Program-made: the position numbers and the translations under genes
From: Novakomyces olei
Lineage: Eukaryota
DNA: 64,000 nt
Direction: 5' to 3'
Assembly: GCA_016906335.1 (NCBI GenBank)
Contig: JADEYG010000002.1
Location: 558,001 to 622,000 of the forward strand
Notes under the pieces: model-generated
Told to the model about the DNA's origin: nothing
Databases searched by the model: none
What the model saw: the letters and a program-made list of their open reading frames with translations, nothing else
Part shown: piece after piece, positions 13,533-25,373 of the stretch
Layout: each line of letters starts with the position of its first letter
Position numbering within the stretch: position 1 is the first letter of the stretch

Positions 13533-14820
13533 CGTCGCTCCGCAGCAAGTCTGGAGATGGACTGGGAGCTTCAATCTGGTTCAGTGCTTGGATAATAGTG
13601 TGATGCTCCGAATAATGTACCAATGAGCAAAGTGCGGTGTCATAAACATTGTAATATGTCGAGTATACTCGTTTGCAATACAGTAGTTTGTGAAATGTAT
13701 ACGTGGATTAGCATAGAAAGATAAAGATCGGACGCTTTGGAAAAGATGACGGTGGAACTATGTGAGACAAGCCAGAGTGAACAGATTACTGAGAGAATTG
13801 GCTTCACATAAAGGTATACACAATCTTGACTAAGGTTCGTGTTTTATGTCAAATGCAAGGGTTCGAATGTGAGGACTCTTTCAAACCTGCTACATAAAAA
13901 GTTCGCATGCCCTGATGGAAGAGTATTGAGCTTTTATTTAAGACTATTATGGAGCCAATTTCAAAGGTAGTACGATGCTTCTACTTCCAAGCGCCAGTCT
14001 GAGATCTCAACACCGTCTCAGACTTGCCCTTATCCCTTAAAAAGTTTTTATAATTATTGCATTGTGTCACGTTCACCGTGGAATTAAGTCTATACAGTCT
14101 TGTATACGCAAGTACGGCAAACCTATAGGGAATATTATATAGCTTTATACCGTGTGCAATCGTGGAGCACTATAATCAAAAGATCGATCCCCGTGTTTTT
14201 TATAATTTGCTGTGTAATTAAGTGTTAATAGCGTGTCAAACGTGTAAGCAATCAAAAGCTGCTTATCATAATAATAATTAATATGAAAAGTATATTTGGT
14301 GTTATGAGTCATAGCCGACGATTTATTTTCCCTTACTAATAATAGGTTTTTATTTATTGTGTGCAGTATTCAAAATTTTTTAAGTGTCTCGCAGCCGTTT
14401 GAAAAGCGACACTTTTCATCGGTTCAAGGTACAATTTAGCTCTTGTTTGGCAGCTTAAAGGCCCCGTGGAAAGTGCCTTTTTTGCCCAAGTCTGCGGCGT
14501 TTCGATTTAGCACCGCCCAATTCCTTCGCTTTTCCCAAGTGTTTGAGGCAAAGAGTCCTGCCCCGCTAATTCGTTTCCTTGATTCAAATTCGATCCTGAC
14601 CACGGGCTTTTGGTACTGTGGGCGACAGCAAGGAAGGGAAGCAGGAAAAAGAATCAAGACAGGACGCGATTACGCTATTCTGTCTATTTGTCTCGATCGC
14701 ATAAGCTTTGCTTAAAATTTTGCTCTCAAAGTGAAAGACAGCGACGCTCAAGTACTGGCGTTTTAATTGCTGTTTTTCTTCTCTTTCCCTACTGCAAAAC
14801 TTAAACATTTTCTTTGGACA

Positions 14821-14934
14821 ATTGGTCAGGCGCTGGGACCATTAATATCCAGACGCTCCTTCTGCATTACGGCGCCGGCAGCAACTAGCAGCTTCGCTCC
14901 CGTCGACTTTTATCCTCCTTTCCGTCCTCCCTAA
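14821..14934 (+). promoter_or_regulatory. Putative AUU-initiated regulatory uORF in the ODC leader, 37 aa ending DFYPPFRPP-stop
   Basis: acaATTg context (A at -3, G at +4); open frame to TAA 14932-14934; no ATG between 14307 and 15221. Confidence 0.72.
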
Positions 14935-15221
14935 CGACCCTCGAGGACTCATCTATTTGCTTTGCCGGCCCTTTAATTTTGAGGCTTTTGAATTTTAGGG
15001 GTTTTGTTCCGGGCCTTTTGGTTTCGCGTACATTCGCGTACACTCATATAATTTTGGCATTATTTCAATTTCACAATCCACAGCTCTACAAGTTCCTGCT
15101 GTGCTTTGCGTAATAGGCACAGCAAACCCCGAAAGCCGTTTCAGCTATAGGTCCTCTCTTCGCCTCAGTTGCGCAGCCTGCGTCCAGGTTTGCCTGTAAG
15201 AGTAGCCCAAAGCTGATCAGT

Positions 15222-16919
15222 ATGACAGCAATGACTAGGGTTACGACTACAGCTGGACCTTTTACCAATGCCAGCTCTATTCACAGGACAAAAGTCGCTC
15301 GAGGTGTCTATACGTCTTCGTCTAGTATGGCTGCTGTTGCTACTGCTTCTGCGGCAGCTGCCTCGAACAATCCGGAACCTGTTTATTATTCTGCTGGGGA
15401 TATTGTAACCGCTTCTACTGTATCGGCTGCCCCCAGCCTGACCACTTACCCCAGTACAATATCTAGTCCTCTGCGTCATCGCAAGGAAAAGCTGTGCAAT
15501 TTTGATCCGGAAGCCATGATTGCAGAAGTCATGCGTCGCCGCATTGCTCTTGTTGACAATACGGGTCAGGTCGACTCTGAAAGCTCGTTTTTCGTGGCAG
15601 ACTTGGGCCAAGTTTACAGGCAGCATATGCAATGGAAACGTCTTTTGCCCCGGGTTGAACCCTTTTATGCAGTTAAATGCAATCCTGACCCGTACGTCAT
15701 TCAGCTCTTGTCTGCACTAAACACGGGTTTCGATTGTGCCAGCCATGCTGAGATTGAACAGATCCTTCATGCTGGCATTGATCCCCATCGTATTATATAC
15801 GCAAACCCTTGCAAAGCAGTTTCCCATATTGCTTATGCTCGTACAATGGGCGTGGAAAAAATGACGTTTGATAACGCTGAAGAGATCTACAAGATCAAGC
15901 AGCATCACCCGGAAGCTCGACTCTATCTGCGTATTCTTACAGATGATTCTAATTCGCTCTGCCGCCTTGGTCTTAAATTTGGAGCCGATCTCAACGTTAC
16001 CGGTGAGCTTTTAGCCTTGGCTAAAAGCCTCAATCTGTGTGTGGAGGGAGTGAGTTTCCATGTTGGCTCTGGCTCTTACGATCCAAACGCCTTTGAAGAT
16101 GCAATCAAAAGAGCCCGATTTGTTTTCGACCAGGCCGAGTCTCTTGGATTACCCCCACTGAAAACTCTGGATATAGGTGGGGGGTTTAGTGGGGAGACGT
16201 TTGAGGCAGTAGCTCCACGAGTCCGTGATGCTATCGACGATAGTTTCCCGAGTACGGTTCGCGTTATCGCTGAGCCTGGCAGGTATTATGTAGCGGATGC
16301 TTTTACTCTGGCTACTCATGTTATTGCGCGCAGAACAGTGGCACCGTGCTTGGAACAAGGCGAGGCGTATCCACGGTACTTGTACTACTTGAACGACGGA
16401 GTGTATGGCAGTTTTAATTGTATCGTCTTTGATCACCAGCAGCCGCAGGCCCAAGTGCTCACCCACCAAGGCCGATTTGTTATGGAGACGGGGCCCGTGT
16501 ACAAAAATCCAATGGGAGAGACAAGTAATACTGCTGCAGTATTACATAGTGCAGGTGCAAGTAATCTTAACAACTACAGTACAAACGGCGACGATGCAGC
16601 AAACGCAAATAAAACTGCGCTTGCGGCAGCAATTGCGGGGGAACAAGTAGCCAGAGTCGATGAGGCGATAGAAACGGCGCAGCTTCATCCGCCGGGAAGC
16701 GGCTTCAAGTGCTCAATTTGGGGACCGACTTGTGATTCTGCCGATTGTATCGCAGCCGAGTATTCGCTCCCAGTGAGACTGGACGTGGGCGATTGGCTGT
16801 ATTTCCGTAATATGGGGGCCTATACGAGTGCGGCTGCTAGCAAATTTAACGGGTTCCCTCGCAGTCCAGTTCACTATGTCGTCAGTGAAGTAGGAGCGCT
16901 TGAGCTGTTTAACTTGTAG
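15222..16919 (+). CDS. spe1: Ornithine decarboxylase (intronless; alternative in-frame start at 15327)
   Basis: PFYAVKCN (PLP lysine), GFDCAS, IIYANPCK, SFHVGSG, DIGGGF, AEPGRY, DGVYGSFN, WGPTCD, MGAYT..FNGF. Confidence 0.96.
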   Translation: MTAMTRVTTTAGPFTNASSIHRTKVARGVYTSSSSMAAVATASAAAASNNPEPVYYSAGDIVTASTVSAAPSLTTYPSTISSPLRHRKEKLCNFDPEAMIAEVMRRRIALVDNTGQVDSESSFFVADLGQVYRQHMQWKRLLPRVEPFYAVKCNPDPYVIQLLSALNTGFDCASHAEIEQILHAGIDPHRIIYANPCKAVSHIAYARTMGVEKMTFDNAEEIYKIKQHHPEARLYLRILTDDSNSLCRLGLKFGADLNVTGELLALAKSLNLCVEGVSFHVGSGSYDPNAFEDAIKRARFVFDQAESLGLPPLKTLDIGGGFSGETFEAVAPRVRDAIDDSFPSTVRVIAEPGRYYVADAFTLATHVIARRTVAPCLEQGEAYPRYLYYLNDGVYGSFNCIVFDHQQPQAQVLTHQGRFVMETGPVYKNPMGETSNTAAVLHSAGASNLNNYSTNGDDAANANKTALAAAIAGEQVARVDEAIETAQLHPPGSGFKCSIWGPTCDSADCIAAEYSLPVRLDVGDWLYFRNMGAYTSAAASKFNGFPRSPVHYVVSEVGALELFNL

Positions 16920-17657
16920 AAACTCTACATCGCAAACTCCGCACCGCAAAGGGCTCCAGTCGAAGGGAAAGAAAAGTCGGATTTAGTTGTACTGCTTTTT
17001 TTCTAGTCACCTTTTAGTTTTATTCCGTCTTGTTTGATTTGACTTTATAGTCTTTGCTGTGCCAAAATCTATATTTTTCTATCGCCTTTAATGCTTCAAA
17101 AAGGGCTGTAAACTATTTTGTCAAAATTTGCGCCTTGATCATACTAAATACACGTCGATAGCAACTTCAGAGTCAGTTGTGCGTGTGAAAGTAGTCGAAT
17201 AATAAATATTTTTTGCAAAACATAGACAAAATTGGAATTTTACAGCCAAGCAGATCGAGCGAACAAAATCTCAAGACACGATTTAGGCGTGTCAATGGAA
17301 CAATAAGTAATCTACGGTAGAATAATCTTGGCCATATTAACCGATTGTGGTAATACGTTCTAAACAATAAAATAATCGAGCAAACGCACTATTATTATAT
17401 TGTAGTTTATTTAAAGTGAAAAAAAAAATCAGGAATATTTACAGAATATTTGTAAAATGTACACGACGAATTTAAAATTGCCTCGTGTATCCGGCCCGTA
17501 ATATATTATATGCCATTCATAAACTAAACATATCGCCAAACAATTAAGACGCCGGCTCGAGAGACCAAATGCTCAGATTAAAATTGGATTCGACTCTGGC
17601 TGTAACGTCATTCTGCTCAAAGGCTAAATTAAAATCAACAGTGCCGTTTGATTCGAA

Positions 17658-17969
17658 TCAGCGGCCGATTATAAGAGTAATTAATTCATAAAACAAACCG
17701 CCCAGAGCCAAAAAAATGAGCAATGCTGAGATCAGTTAGTATAGATTCAGCAAATTATACGATATATTATATGTGTATTGGCATTACCCACTATTCCCTT
17801 TGAAAGAGGCAAACGGCTCCGTTTTTCTGCGCGTGGGACAGGCTTCGGCCGCCACGGCTGGCCGCGTTTTTCAAACTGCTTATTCGCAGCGCGTTGACGC
17901 GGCGTTTGTACCTAAACAAGGCATTGTTAGCTTTGACTGGCTGAATAGAGACACGGTCTGGTTTACCAT
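17658..17969 (-). CDS. ysy6: Ysy6/RAMP4 (SERP1) tail-anchored ER protein, 64 aa; exons 17969-17967, 17911-17788, 17725-17658
   Basis: Spliced product MVQTPRQRAANKQFEKRGQPWRPKPVPRAEKRSRLPLSKGIVALLIFLALGGLFYELITLIIGR; QTPRQR.AN..F motif plus C-terminal TM; both introns GT-AG with CTAAC branch; exon total 195 nt. Confidence 0.9.
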
Positions 17970-18165
17970 CGCGTAAGGACGACTACAACGTGTACAAACT
18001 GTGGCGGAATAAAAATATAATTTAATAACCTGAAGTCTCTAGTTATACTATCGTTAGTTTAGCCTGCCGCTATTCACATTTAAGCAGGTTAACCCTAACC
18101 CTCGGGTGTTTATACAAAAGCACTAATACTTGTGAAAATGTACCGAGACAAAGTTTGTAATAGTA

Positions 18166-18168
<3 letters not shown>

Positions 18169-18229
<61 letters not shown>

Positions 18230-18260
18230 ATATTATTATAATATTATTATAATATTATTA
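18169..18260. repeat. (TTA)n microsatellite, slightly degenerate
   Basis: Directly visible. Confidence 0.92.
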
Positions 18261-19054
18261 GATACAAGACCAGTCGTTTGTTCGCGCGCCTTAACGACAG
18301 ACGGCACAAATGCCGCTGCGGCTTTAAGCGCGCCAGCACATGTAAATTTGATTCGTCATTCCAACAGTATCCCAATCCTTCAACAACCCAGGCAGACGCC
18401 CATAATATTGGCAACGCCATATTGGCAACGCCAAGTAAGATAATGGACCGGGGTAGTAAAGTTTCAAGATACCTGGACAACGAGGCAATTGATTCTTTCT
18501 GGAATTAGTCGTGTAGAGACTTGCTCAATCTTGTGCCCTCTGATTACCAAGAGATTTCTCTTGCACACATTTCAGTTCGATATTGTACAAAAGGGAGACG
18601 ACCTTCAGCACAATACCAGCATGTGCTAATGTTGGACTAGAGACAGATAAAATAGGACCGTAATAAATAGAATGGATGGAAGTAAAGCGCAATGCGATAA
18701 GACAGTAAAAGGTAAAAGGGGACAAATTGCTTGGTAGAATATCAATAAAAATAAGCAAAGCAGATCGAGCACATGTTCTACAGCAAATAGAGTATTACAA
18801 TTCAACTCTCAAAACGCAAGACGCAGAAATAACGGAGAAAAGGCTTTTATTTCTATTCATGACAACGACAAGAGCAACTCAAAGGGAGACGAAGATTGCG
18901 GACAAAAGATGAAGACTGCGGAACAAAGGTGCAAATTATAGTAATTAGCAAGTGTCAACAAAAGGCGAACAGCAATAAAAGAACGAAAGGGGCCTCTTTT
19001 CTACAAAAAAAAATCCAGATTTACCGCTTCTGATTCGTTTCTCCTCTGAACACC

Positions 19055-22000
19055 TCACAGCGACTCTGTATCATGAACTTTCCAATCATCTGTCAGCCGC
19101 GAAGGCTCCTTTAACCCCCCCAAAACGGCAGCACTGTACTGCCCAGACTGGATGGCTCCGCCCAAGTATTTTTCGGCTACAGCACGAACCCGATCCAATC
19201 CAACATCGATAAGCTGCTCCCGTCTCTGCTGCTGCATTTCTGGTGAAAGTCCTGAAACAAACTCGCCCACGCCCTGCTCAGACACGCTTTGTGGAGCATC
19301 AACCGACTGGAAAATACTTAATTTTGCTTGTTGCAAGGCATCAGGCTCGAGCTTATCAAAGGCCTTTTGCCAACTTTGCTGCATAACCTGTAGCGAGTCC
19401 AATTCTCGAGGATCCCGATACGTGAAAAAGTTTGCCAGTCCACTCAGCCCGTTAAACACTAGTCCAGATCCGTACGCGCCTCCTTTTTCTCGTATTTCTC
19501 TGTGTAAAAATGGCTCCATGACTTGTGTCATGACCTGTAAGGCAGCACCGTCCGGGTTTGTGTACGAGACACCACGAAGACTCAAGGCAGAATAGCCCAC
19601 ACCAAAGGGCATTTTAAAGTATTGATTTTGAGGGAATGCTGAAGGATTGTAAGAAAATGTTTTGCACCCGATACTATTGCCGCAATTAGTGATATTCTAA
19701 ATAAATAAATAAAGAAAGAAATAAATAAATGTTATTATAAAAAATAAAGTGGACATACGCTTTTCTCGTGTTTGGACGTAATTGCGAGACCAAATTGCCG
19801 ACTGCTTTGCCCGCGGGTTTAACATTTTCGCTGCCACACGTCACAAGCAGCCTTGTACTGCCTGCACGGAAAATGTACTGTGAAATTTGCCTTAATTTTG
19901 CTGCCAAACCGGATAAATCCTCGGGCCCTCGAGCCAGAGTATTTAGGAGTTTGACTTGACGAATCCCGTTCAAGGCTTCGTTGTCCTTTGCTGTTCCTGC
20001 CATAAGAGCACTCGCCTCGGCAATAGCCATTGCGTGGCCGGAATCAGCAATTGAACTCGATAGTGAGCCTGCTTCCATCCTTACGAGCTCTCTCAATTTA
20101 TCCTGTTTGCCCTCGAAATCCGTGTGCAGTATCAGCTTGTTTATTAAAGCTGTCATTTGCTCAACGTTACGGTCTAGGGCAAAACTGGTGAAGGAGACGA
20201 GTAAATGGTAATTATCAAAATTCGTTGGATCAGCCATTGTAGAACAGGCGAAGGCAATTTGGCCGGTCGTCTGCTTTATTTCCTCCTCCAAGTCTTCAAT
20301 GTTTTCCTGCCTTGTCCCAAGGTTGCGAAGAGCCGTGCAGTACAACGGCAAATAGGGAACCAAGTCAGAGGGCAGATCGTCTAGCGTACAGACAGCCCTC
20401 AGATACGTCAAGCCAGAGCCCTTGATGAGCCATGAGACTGGAACTTTACCGGCATTCGTACCGCCATTATCGTTTAGCTCTGTAACGTGAGTCTCCAGAG
20501 TAGGGTGCTCTTTGGCCCGGGGAATATCCTTCATTGTTAGCGTAGGCAAGATGGCAGAAGCGTCTTGATTTCGATCGTTTTGAGATTTGGAAAGGGCTTT
20601 GTTGTTCTCTTCAATTTCTGCCAATTGCTGAGTGGTCAATTGTGCAACTTGGTGACCGAGCCGGGACGCTTCTTCCGCGGCTAAATCCTCCTGAAACTGC
20701 TGCGAAGGTTTCATTGTGAAAACGAGTCTCGAGAGATTGTCGAGCAGTGTTTTTTTAACCAGGTTTTGAAAGAAATTTGGGGTAAAGGCGTCGTGACGGA
20801 ACCGTTTCAGTAATTCGTCGTACTTCAACGCCTCCAATGGATCACCGCTGCCATTTATCCAAGGCCCTATAAGCTTCTGGGAAAGACGCATACCAAAGCT
20901 CGCTGTCCTGTGCTTTTGCCCTATTTCCAACTGGTGTAAAATAGCGTCAATTCGGTCTTTGCGGAATCCTTCATGTCCAACTTTTTCCAGTTCGCTCAGC
21001 ACAATCGCCTCTATCTTTGGTATGTCTTCAGCTTTGGCTCCCTGGACTCCGACAGAGAAAATACAATTAAGGCCGCCTTCATCGAACCCAGTGTTGGCAG
21101 TGAAATCTGATCCCAGACCAGAGCCGACGAGCGCCTTGTAAAGAGGGGCAGAATGCCCACTGGTTAGTAGTGAGGACATTATACTATAAATTAGTTTTTT
21201 GTAGCAGACTTGACTGCCTCCAAGCGAGCCTTCTTGCACAGGAAGCAAAAAGGAGACGGAAATTTTCATTTGTTTGTCCGGCTCAGCGTACTGATCAAAG
21301 GGACCATCTAAAGTTACTCGCCTCGTTTCGTTCCACGGCTCCTGTTGGTTCTTTATCGATTCTTTAGGTATTGCAGAATACTCGGAAAACCGGTCATTCA
21401 GACTTTGCAAGTGCTCCCGCACGTCCATGTTACCAAACGTAATGACCTTGCTGTTGCTTGGGTGATAGTGTGTTTTGTGGAAGTCGACAAGCTCTTTGTG
21501 AGTCAGTTCCGTTATGTGCTTAGGATCGCCCCCACTGTCGTTCCCGATACAAGTTCCCTTGAACATTGCTTTATAGAAGTTTATGTAAAACACGTAAAAT
21601 GCGTCGCTCTAGTTTGTGAGCATAAATTGCAAATTTAAAACAAAAATACTAAAGTAGATACAGTTTTGAGCGGAAAATATTAATTAAACAAAACGGATTA
21701 ATAAATAAATAAACAGATGTGACCGTCTGTTCTTACCATGTTCCCCTTCATTTCATTATAGACAACCCCTTTAAAAATTAAGGGCGAGCTTGGATCGTTA
21801 TTGTCCTCCCGTTCGAGCCGCCACCCTTCTTGCAAGAAGTCCAACTTGCGCAGATGAGGTGCCAAAACAGCATCGAGATATACGTCACGCAAATTCTTCA
21901 TATCCACGGCATTAGTCGTGGAAAACGGATACATGGTATAGTCGGCAGCGGTGAGGGCATTCATATAAGATACAAGGCTCCGCTTATACCTGGCAAGGTC

Positions 22001-22524
22001 AGACAAGAATAGGCATTTATATTAAAATGCATTCAAATAACAATATAGAAATAGCGAAGAGCAAAAAGATGATCGACGTCAAAAACGGCATACATTTTAA
22101 AGAATGGATCTCTAATGTTATATTTCTCGCTTCCGCATAGCGTGGTATGCTCCTATCACGTTATCAGCAAATTGCAAAAGCTCTTTTTCCTACCAATATA
22201 TGAGGCACTCCCTTCTCATTCGAAGCGGGCGTACCAAACCCGATAGCAAACACATTATTGTCGTCGTCGCTCGCGATATGGAGATATTGCGCTCTACTCT
22301 TTTCGTGTTCAAAGTGGAGCAAGTCGATCTCAAGCTCGGGGACTTGCAGCGTCTGTAAGACCTGTTAGAAAAAGAAATAAAAAAACATCAAAACTTGCCC
22401 GTTTCACCCTGAACCCGGAAATAACGTCGCCGACTTGCGGCATTGACCGGACAGCCGAGACCGTAGAGGCACTGCGTCGTAGCGCCGCCCGTGGCACTCG
22501 GGCTAAACTCCGAGTTCGCAGCAT
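19055..22524 (-). CDS. cym1: Mitochondrial presequence protease (pitrilysin M16C); 5 introns, the first GC-AG
   Basis: Arg-rich presequence; [15 protein letters not shown] (HxxEH), [56 protein letters not shown]. Confidence 0.95.
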
Positions 22525-23078
22525 TACACTGAGCGTGTGGCAATGGCAGTTTCTATGACGAATACTGAATTATACCTTTTAAAGAATTTCGTGCTCTATA
22601 TAATACATATATTTATGCCTTTATATGTGTAGCGCTTGACATGACACATTTTTTACCCCTATTTTTGTCACTCGTTAAATGGACGGGGCCCGTCCACGTA
22701 GCTGACCCTATATAATTTATACAAATCGATTAAATACATACTTTTATTATTTATTATAATACTTAGCAGCACGCAAAACATACCTACAGAGCCGCTCGCT
22801 CTCAATCTTCCAAGTAACCAGACATTGAGCCTCTAATTATGCGGAAAGATTTTAGACGATGGACATTGTTCGAATTTGTATTGCAATAGCCTGCATTTGC
22901 CCACAGAGGCGCCAAAATGATTTTTACGCTCGGCCACTTGACAATCCAAGTGCTTCATAATTCTATTTGACGTTAAATGTTGCTTGTTCTCAATTTACTT
23001 GTTCCCAGTTCAAGTAACATTACTGCAACATGGCCTATTCTGCAAGTAATACACCGGCAAATTAGCAGCTCTGTGTTT

Positions 23079-23114
23079 ACGCGAATAACGCGTAACGCGA
23101 GTTAATTTGCGCGA
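23079..23114 (+). promoter_or_regulatory. Cluster of MCB-like elements upstream of cdc18
   Basis: ACGCGA 23079, ACGCGT 23088, ACGCGA 23095, GCGCGA 23109, about 300 bp before the ATG. Confidence 0.7.
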
Positions 23115-23400
23115 CAAATCAATGTGCCTTGCTTCATTGTATTTTGCACTTCTCTACTGACATTTTGATTTGGCCGACTCTGTATCTTTAAACCTGTATT
23201 TTACGTGGCATCTCCCTTTCACACATTGCTCTTTGCTTTTCTCTACATTCCCTCTTTTCTCTACTTTTTTTATTTTCTCTACTTTTGCTCGGGTCGCAAA
23301 CATCTCTTTTGATCGGGACCAGCGTTCCTCGAACCCGGTCAGATCTTTGTATCTTACTCTTGTATACTCTTGAAATTCAACGTCTCTGCTGTTGGGGCCA

Positions 23401-25116
23401 ATGTTTGTTAAACGGCAGCAGCGCGAGGCGGATCCTCCACGCACTCCAAATTGCAGTCGGGAAGAGCGGGCGAAAAGACGGGCAGCGATGATGTCAGAAT
23501 CGCTGGACGAGGCAGAGTCGAATAGCCTCGACAGCCTGCCGACTCCGCCACGTAGTGGCAGAGGCCAGAAAAGACTCGCTCTTGAAATTGCTGCCACGAC
23601 TCCGCGGAAAAGACGTTCACGCTGTATCGCCGGAATAATTAACGCCGAGGCGCCCTTAACTCCGGAATCCTTATCGCCGTCGACACCGCAATTTTCGGGC
23701 AACACGCTTGCCAACGCAAATACGCCAGATATTATTGGACGCGAGCAGGAACGCGTTGTTGTACAGCAATTCATCGATGCCTGTATCGGCCATCGGCAGG
23801 GTGGCAGCTTATTTGTAAGCGGACCTCCAGGCTCTGGAAAGTCTGGTACTGTGTCAAGTCTCCTTCCCAGGATACCCGTCAAGTCAGCGACGATAAACTG
23901 CACTCACCTGAAAAGCGCTGCGGACGTTTTTCCCACTATTTTGTTTGCTCTGACTGGCGTGCAATTGGCCAGCAACGAAGATGCCGCTGAAAGATTATTA
24001 GATTATTTCACAAAAGAGGCTCAGTCAATGAGGTAAGACGGCAGATTTGTTTGGTGTAGAGTTTGCATGGATGCCTATGCGATTCGTCCCAAGCGTTGCT
24101 AGTATTGTATTATTTTCTGTCATTTTCTTTTATCTCTATTTGTCATTTCTATTTGCTATTTCTATTTGTCATTCCTATTACTATCCGAGTTTACTCTTTT
24201 GTTCTAATCAACGTTCACTTTTCTAATCAATTCTAGTTTGGTGGTACTTGACGAAATTGATTTTCTTATTACACGCGACCAGGAAGTTCTTTACTCGTTA
24301 TTTGACTGGCCGCAGCAACCAAATAGCAGACTCATCCTCCTCGGCATTGCCAACTCTCTTGATCTTACGGACCGGTTAGTTCCTCGGCTCAAAGCGAAAA
24401 ACATTTCTCCTAAACTCGTCACCTTTAGAGCCTACAATGCCTCAGAAATTGCGAGTATTTTAAGTGCCCGGCTAAGCCGAAATCCTAAAGTCGCCTTTAA
24501 CCCTGCGGCAGTTCAGCTCTGTGCTCGTAAAGTCGCTGCTTCATCAGGCGATATCCGAAAGGCACTCGATCTTTGTCGGCTCGCTACAAATCTTGCCGAG
24601 ACAGAGTACAAATCATCGAATGCTTCCGCTTTGCCTCCGCGTATAGTTTTGGGCCAACTTCCAACAGATAATGCTGTGAATAATCTCGAAAAGGAACAGC
24701 TGAAACCCTCCGTTACAGTGTCGATTTCTCATATTGCCAGGGTAACTTCAACAGTACAAAAGGGTGGCAACAACGCGAATCGTATTCAGCAGCTCAGTTT
24801 ACAACAAAAAGCAGTGCTCTGTACAATGTGTACTAAATCCACTAGATCAATACCCAATGTTACGTGCAATACTCTATACGAAATCTACCAAGGCTTTTGC
24901 CTGCGGGATCAATTATTATCGCCCCTGACTCTGTCCGAGTTTCTCGATATCGTTGATTCTCTTGAAGTTGTGGGCATTGTTAATTTGTTCAATGGCTCTG
25001 GACGATCAGCTGTGACTCGCAAGGCTGAAATGCGTTTAGGACTGTCTGTTCCCTGCCTTGAAGCAATCACAAACTTATCGGACATTGGCGTTTTGCAACG
25101 GTTTTTAAAGGATTAG
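23401..25116 (+). CDS. cdc18: MCM loader Cdc18/Cdc6 AAA+ ATPase; intron 24033-24236
   Basis: N-terminal CDK sites (TPPR, TPRK), GREQE, Walker A GPPGSGKS, Walker B VLDEID, GIANSLDLTDR, SGDIRKALD, C-terminal winged helix. Confidence 0.94.
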
Positions 25117-25373
25117 TCTCATGTGCACATTAGTATTTAGAAAAGAAATAGTTGGATTGAGCATTTGATCTATCCGTCAAGGTAGAATTATTATAATAAT
25201 AGCTAAAATGAAACTCTCAACTACTCTTCCGAGTAGATCAATATAGTAAAAAAGCTGTAAGATGGCAAATTTGAATAGCGATGAGACACAAAATTGTGCT
25301 TCAGTGTATTTAAAAATGAATATATTTCTATCTTGGACCCTTTGACTACATTTATCATACTATATAAACACTA

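Noticed and set aside
13996-14024. 9-bp inverted repeat agtctgaga/tctcagact
   Set aside because: Isolated; no target-site duplication or second copy to suggest a MITE.
13859-17660. GTTCGA/ATTCGA motifs resembling tRNA T-loops (about 13860, 17586, 17650)
   Set aside because: No cloverleaf or A-box geometry around them.
18247-18912. Short ORFs between ysy6 and cym1, and an intron-like gtaatc...ctaattccag on the - strand
   Set aside because: No joined reading frame gave a recognisable protein; mostly non-ATG starts.
23154-23903. Long antisense ORFs (249 aa opposite cdc18; similar ones opposite the HK, SERCA, rad7 and stt4 genes)
   Set aside because: Shadows of well-supported genes on the other strand.
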